From assembly GCA_013239625.1 (NCBI GenBank), contig MU053513.1:454370-518369 (forward strand): DNA of 64,000 nucleotides, in the 5' to 3' direction. Positions 61,886 through 64,000 of the stretch are shown here, piece after piece. The notes beneath the pieces are model-generated. The model was not told the DNA's origin, did not search any database, and saw only the letters and a program-made list of their open reading frames with translations. The stretch is from Lama guanicoe (lineage: Eukaryota). Positions within the stretch are counted from its first letter, which is position 1; each line of letters opens with the position of its first letter. The translations under genes and the position numbers were made by a program.

Positions 61886-62948
61886 TGTTATGAATGGATG
61901 ACTTTTTTTTTAAGTACATGAGAGAATAAATAACAGTTAAAAGCATGCCAATGAAACACACCATTAAAAACTGCAGATAGAATACACACTCATCAAATCC
62001 TTGATACAAGTGAAAAAGAAACTAAGAGACTGAGAGTTGAAAGATAGAGAATTTTGTCTATCATTTTATACACTAATATAGTAGGGAAATTTTAATTATT
62101 TTGATCCTTTACTCTGTACTTTCATTGTTTATTGAAAATGTTGAACAAGAAGCCAGCTAGCCGCCTCTGTTGAACCTCAATGCCAGGCTTCCTTAAAATC
62201 AGTACTGAGATTAGTTTTATTTTACAGAACTCTTAGGAGCAGAACAGAGAGTATGACAGATTCAGGGGCAAGCTTGGGTCACAGCGTCTGAGACACTTAA
62301 GTGCCTGAAATAGAAACAGTGAAACTAGACGGCTGCAAGGTGTGCTGTCTGCCCCAGCACTGCCTTTGTCACAAGGGAGTCACTTCATTTTTGATGACCC
62401 CCTTCCTAAGAATACTGTCCTCCCCTCAGTGACATATCTGCTCCCCCCAATTTTATCAGCAACGAAATATCCAGAGTTCATTATATAACTCTCATTCCCA
62501 AAGAAGATCATTCTACGTTATTGACAGCACAAGCAGGTTAATTAAGAATTCTGCCCATGGTAATGTTAAGAAAGTTGACATTATTTTCCAATATGAACTG
62601 TCATTACTCAAGCCAAAAGCATAACAGATCTTTGTTCAGTAATACTCAGATATGTCATGGATTGGGGCAGGACACTTAATATCTAGTCTAAATAAAAAAT
62701 CTAATATTGGAAAAATATACTTTCTAGACAGTTGTTCTTGTTCTTAGATACAATTATATTTCTCAGGTTAAAAAAAATTTGTAAGTTAGTCAATGGATGG
62801 TACACTGAATCATGAAGAATAACACTTTCATTTGATTGTAGTTTAAGAACATATGACAGTTATAAAATGCAGTCAGCACACTACGGTGAAAGGCATTCAA
62901 TACTGACACGTTGAAGACTCAGCCTCGAGTCCAGATTCTGCTACCGAC

Positions 62949-62971
62949 ATGCTATGCTATGCTATGCTATG
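62949..62971. repeat. (ATGCT)n pentanucleotide repeat
   Basis: atgctatgctatgctatgctatg. Confidence 0.9.
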
Positions 62972-63404
62972 GAATACACTCTGACATTAAAACATCTGGC
63001 GCTCAGGTCTTGGGGTGTCTGGGGAATCTGCGTAAGTTCTTCAGTGTTCTGGTTGTTCAAAGTTTTGAAGGTAGATAGAAATTGTTTTAATTCTTGGCTA
63101 TGACAGTTTCCTGTTGTGTGTTACTTAGCGACTTGGAGCCTTATTTCCTCTTTTGGAATACAGGGACCAGAAAGGCACTTGCTTGAGTGAGTTTTTCTGA
63201 GAACTGCAGGGAAAGCATTGATCATAGCAGGCAGCACACAGCCAGAGCTTGAGAAGAAAATCTTTAATTCGTCTCTTTCTTTTCCTTATTCCTTCTCCCC
63301 TACAGTGTCTTTGACCAAAGTCTGTGACTTTGCATTCGTGTATAATGTTATTGCTTTGTTTTAGATTTAGCAATATAGAAGTGTCTGTATACTCCATACC
63401 CTTA

Positions 63405-64000
63405 TACAACTCATTCTTTATTAGAAAATAACCACTGAGTACTTACGCGGAGGACAAGAATTACATTATAAAGAATAATAGTTATATTCAATAGGGTAAT
63501 AAACCATATAAAATGGAAAACTTAAGAATGGTTTACTGAAATTATGAGTTAGAAATAATCACTTGCCCACTTAGGAGAGTTACATGGGAAGAGCTAATTC
63601 TGCCTGGATAGTTCAAAGCAAGCATCTTGATGTTGGCATGTGAAACTTGGAAGTTGTTGTAGCCTGCATAGTTGGTAGAAAGGGCATTGCACACAGGGAA
63701 AAGTCTAGCAGAGACACTGAGTTTGGAAATAGCTAGAAATATACAGTGATATGCAAATACTCAGTTTTGGCTTTAGTATAGAGTACAAGAAAAGGAAGAA
63801 TGGGAGGTAAGCCTGGGAAACCAGCTTGGCAGAACTATTGGAGAGCCGTCAGTGGATTAAGGGAATTGGACATGTTTTAGCTAGCACTGGGGAGCCCTCG
63901 GAGGGTCTTCAGTTGGGGACGGGAAAGCACATGATCAGAATTTCACTTTAGGCTTATTTGTCTGGCAGTATCGAGTCCGACAGATTAGAGCAGAAAGAGA
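63405..64000 (-). mobile_element. L2 LINE fragment (runs off the window end)
   Basis: actgagtacttac...gggcattgcacacagggaa...gcactggggagccctcggagggtcttcagttgggg...catgatcagaatttcactttagg. Confidence 0.8.

Noticed and set aside
1..64000. CRISPR arrays, operons, tRNA/rRNA genes, processed pseudogenes, camelid tRNA-derived SINEs
   Set aside because: Mammalian non-coding DNA; no regularly spaced repeats, cloverleafs or recognisable mRNA copies were seen by eye. A diverged pseudogene or small true exon could have been missed without BLAST.

Overview
AT-rich, CpG-depleted eutherian mammal genomic DNA, most likely a camelid/cetartiodactyl. That call rests on the lineage-type L1 3' UTRs at 33341-33532 and 50606-50861, which I recognised from memory of consensus sequences, not from a database search. 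I find no protein-coding exon I can recognise. The ORF track is consistent with chance or repeat-derived frames, so the window looks like a large intron or gene desert. It is a mosaic of old repeats (L2, MIR, MaLR/ERVL/ERV1 solo LTRs, hAT and Tc1/mariner MITEs, L1M), microsatellites, and several repeat-free blocks dense in developmental transcription-factor motifs (candidate conserved enhancers). The most unusual object is a ~360-bp L1 at 33172-33532 in which the 5' UTR start is fused directly to the 3' UTR end at an AG junction. It may be a spliced, non-autonomous mini-L1. Other leads: a young L1 with a perfect 15-bp TSD, a CpG-retaining block with a 76-nt GT-AG intron on the minus strand beside a perfect 38-bp palindrome, a MER53 hairpin with a 38-bp loop insertion, and a TA-flanked MITE whose left terminus recurs 960 bp upstream. 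Repeat family names are by-eye assignments and boundaries are approximate.
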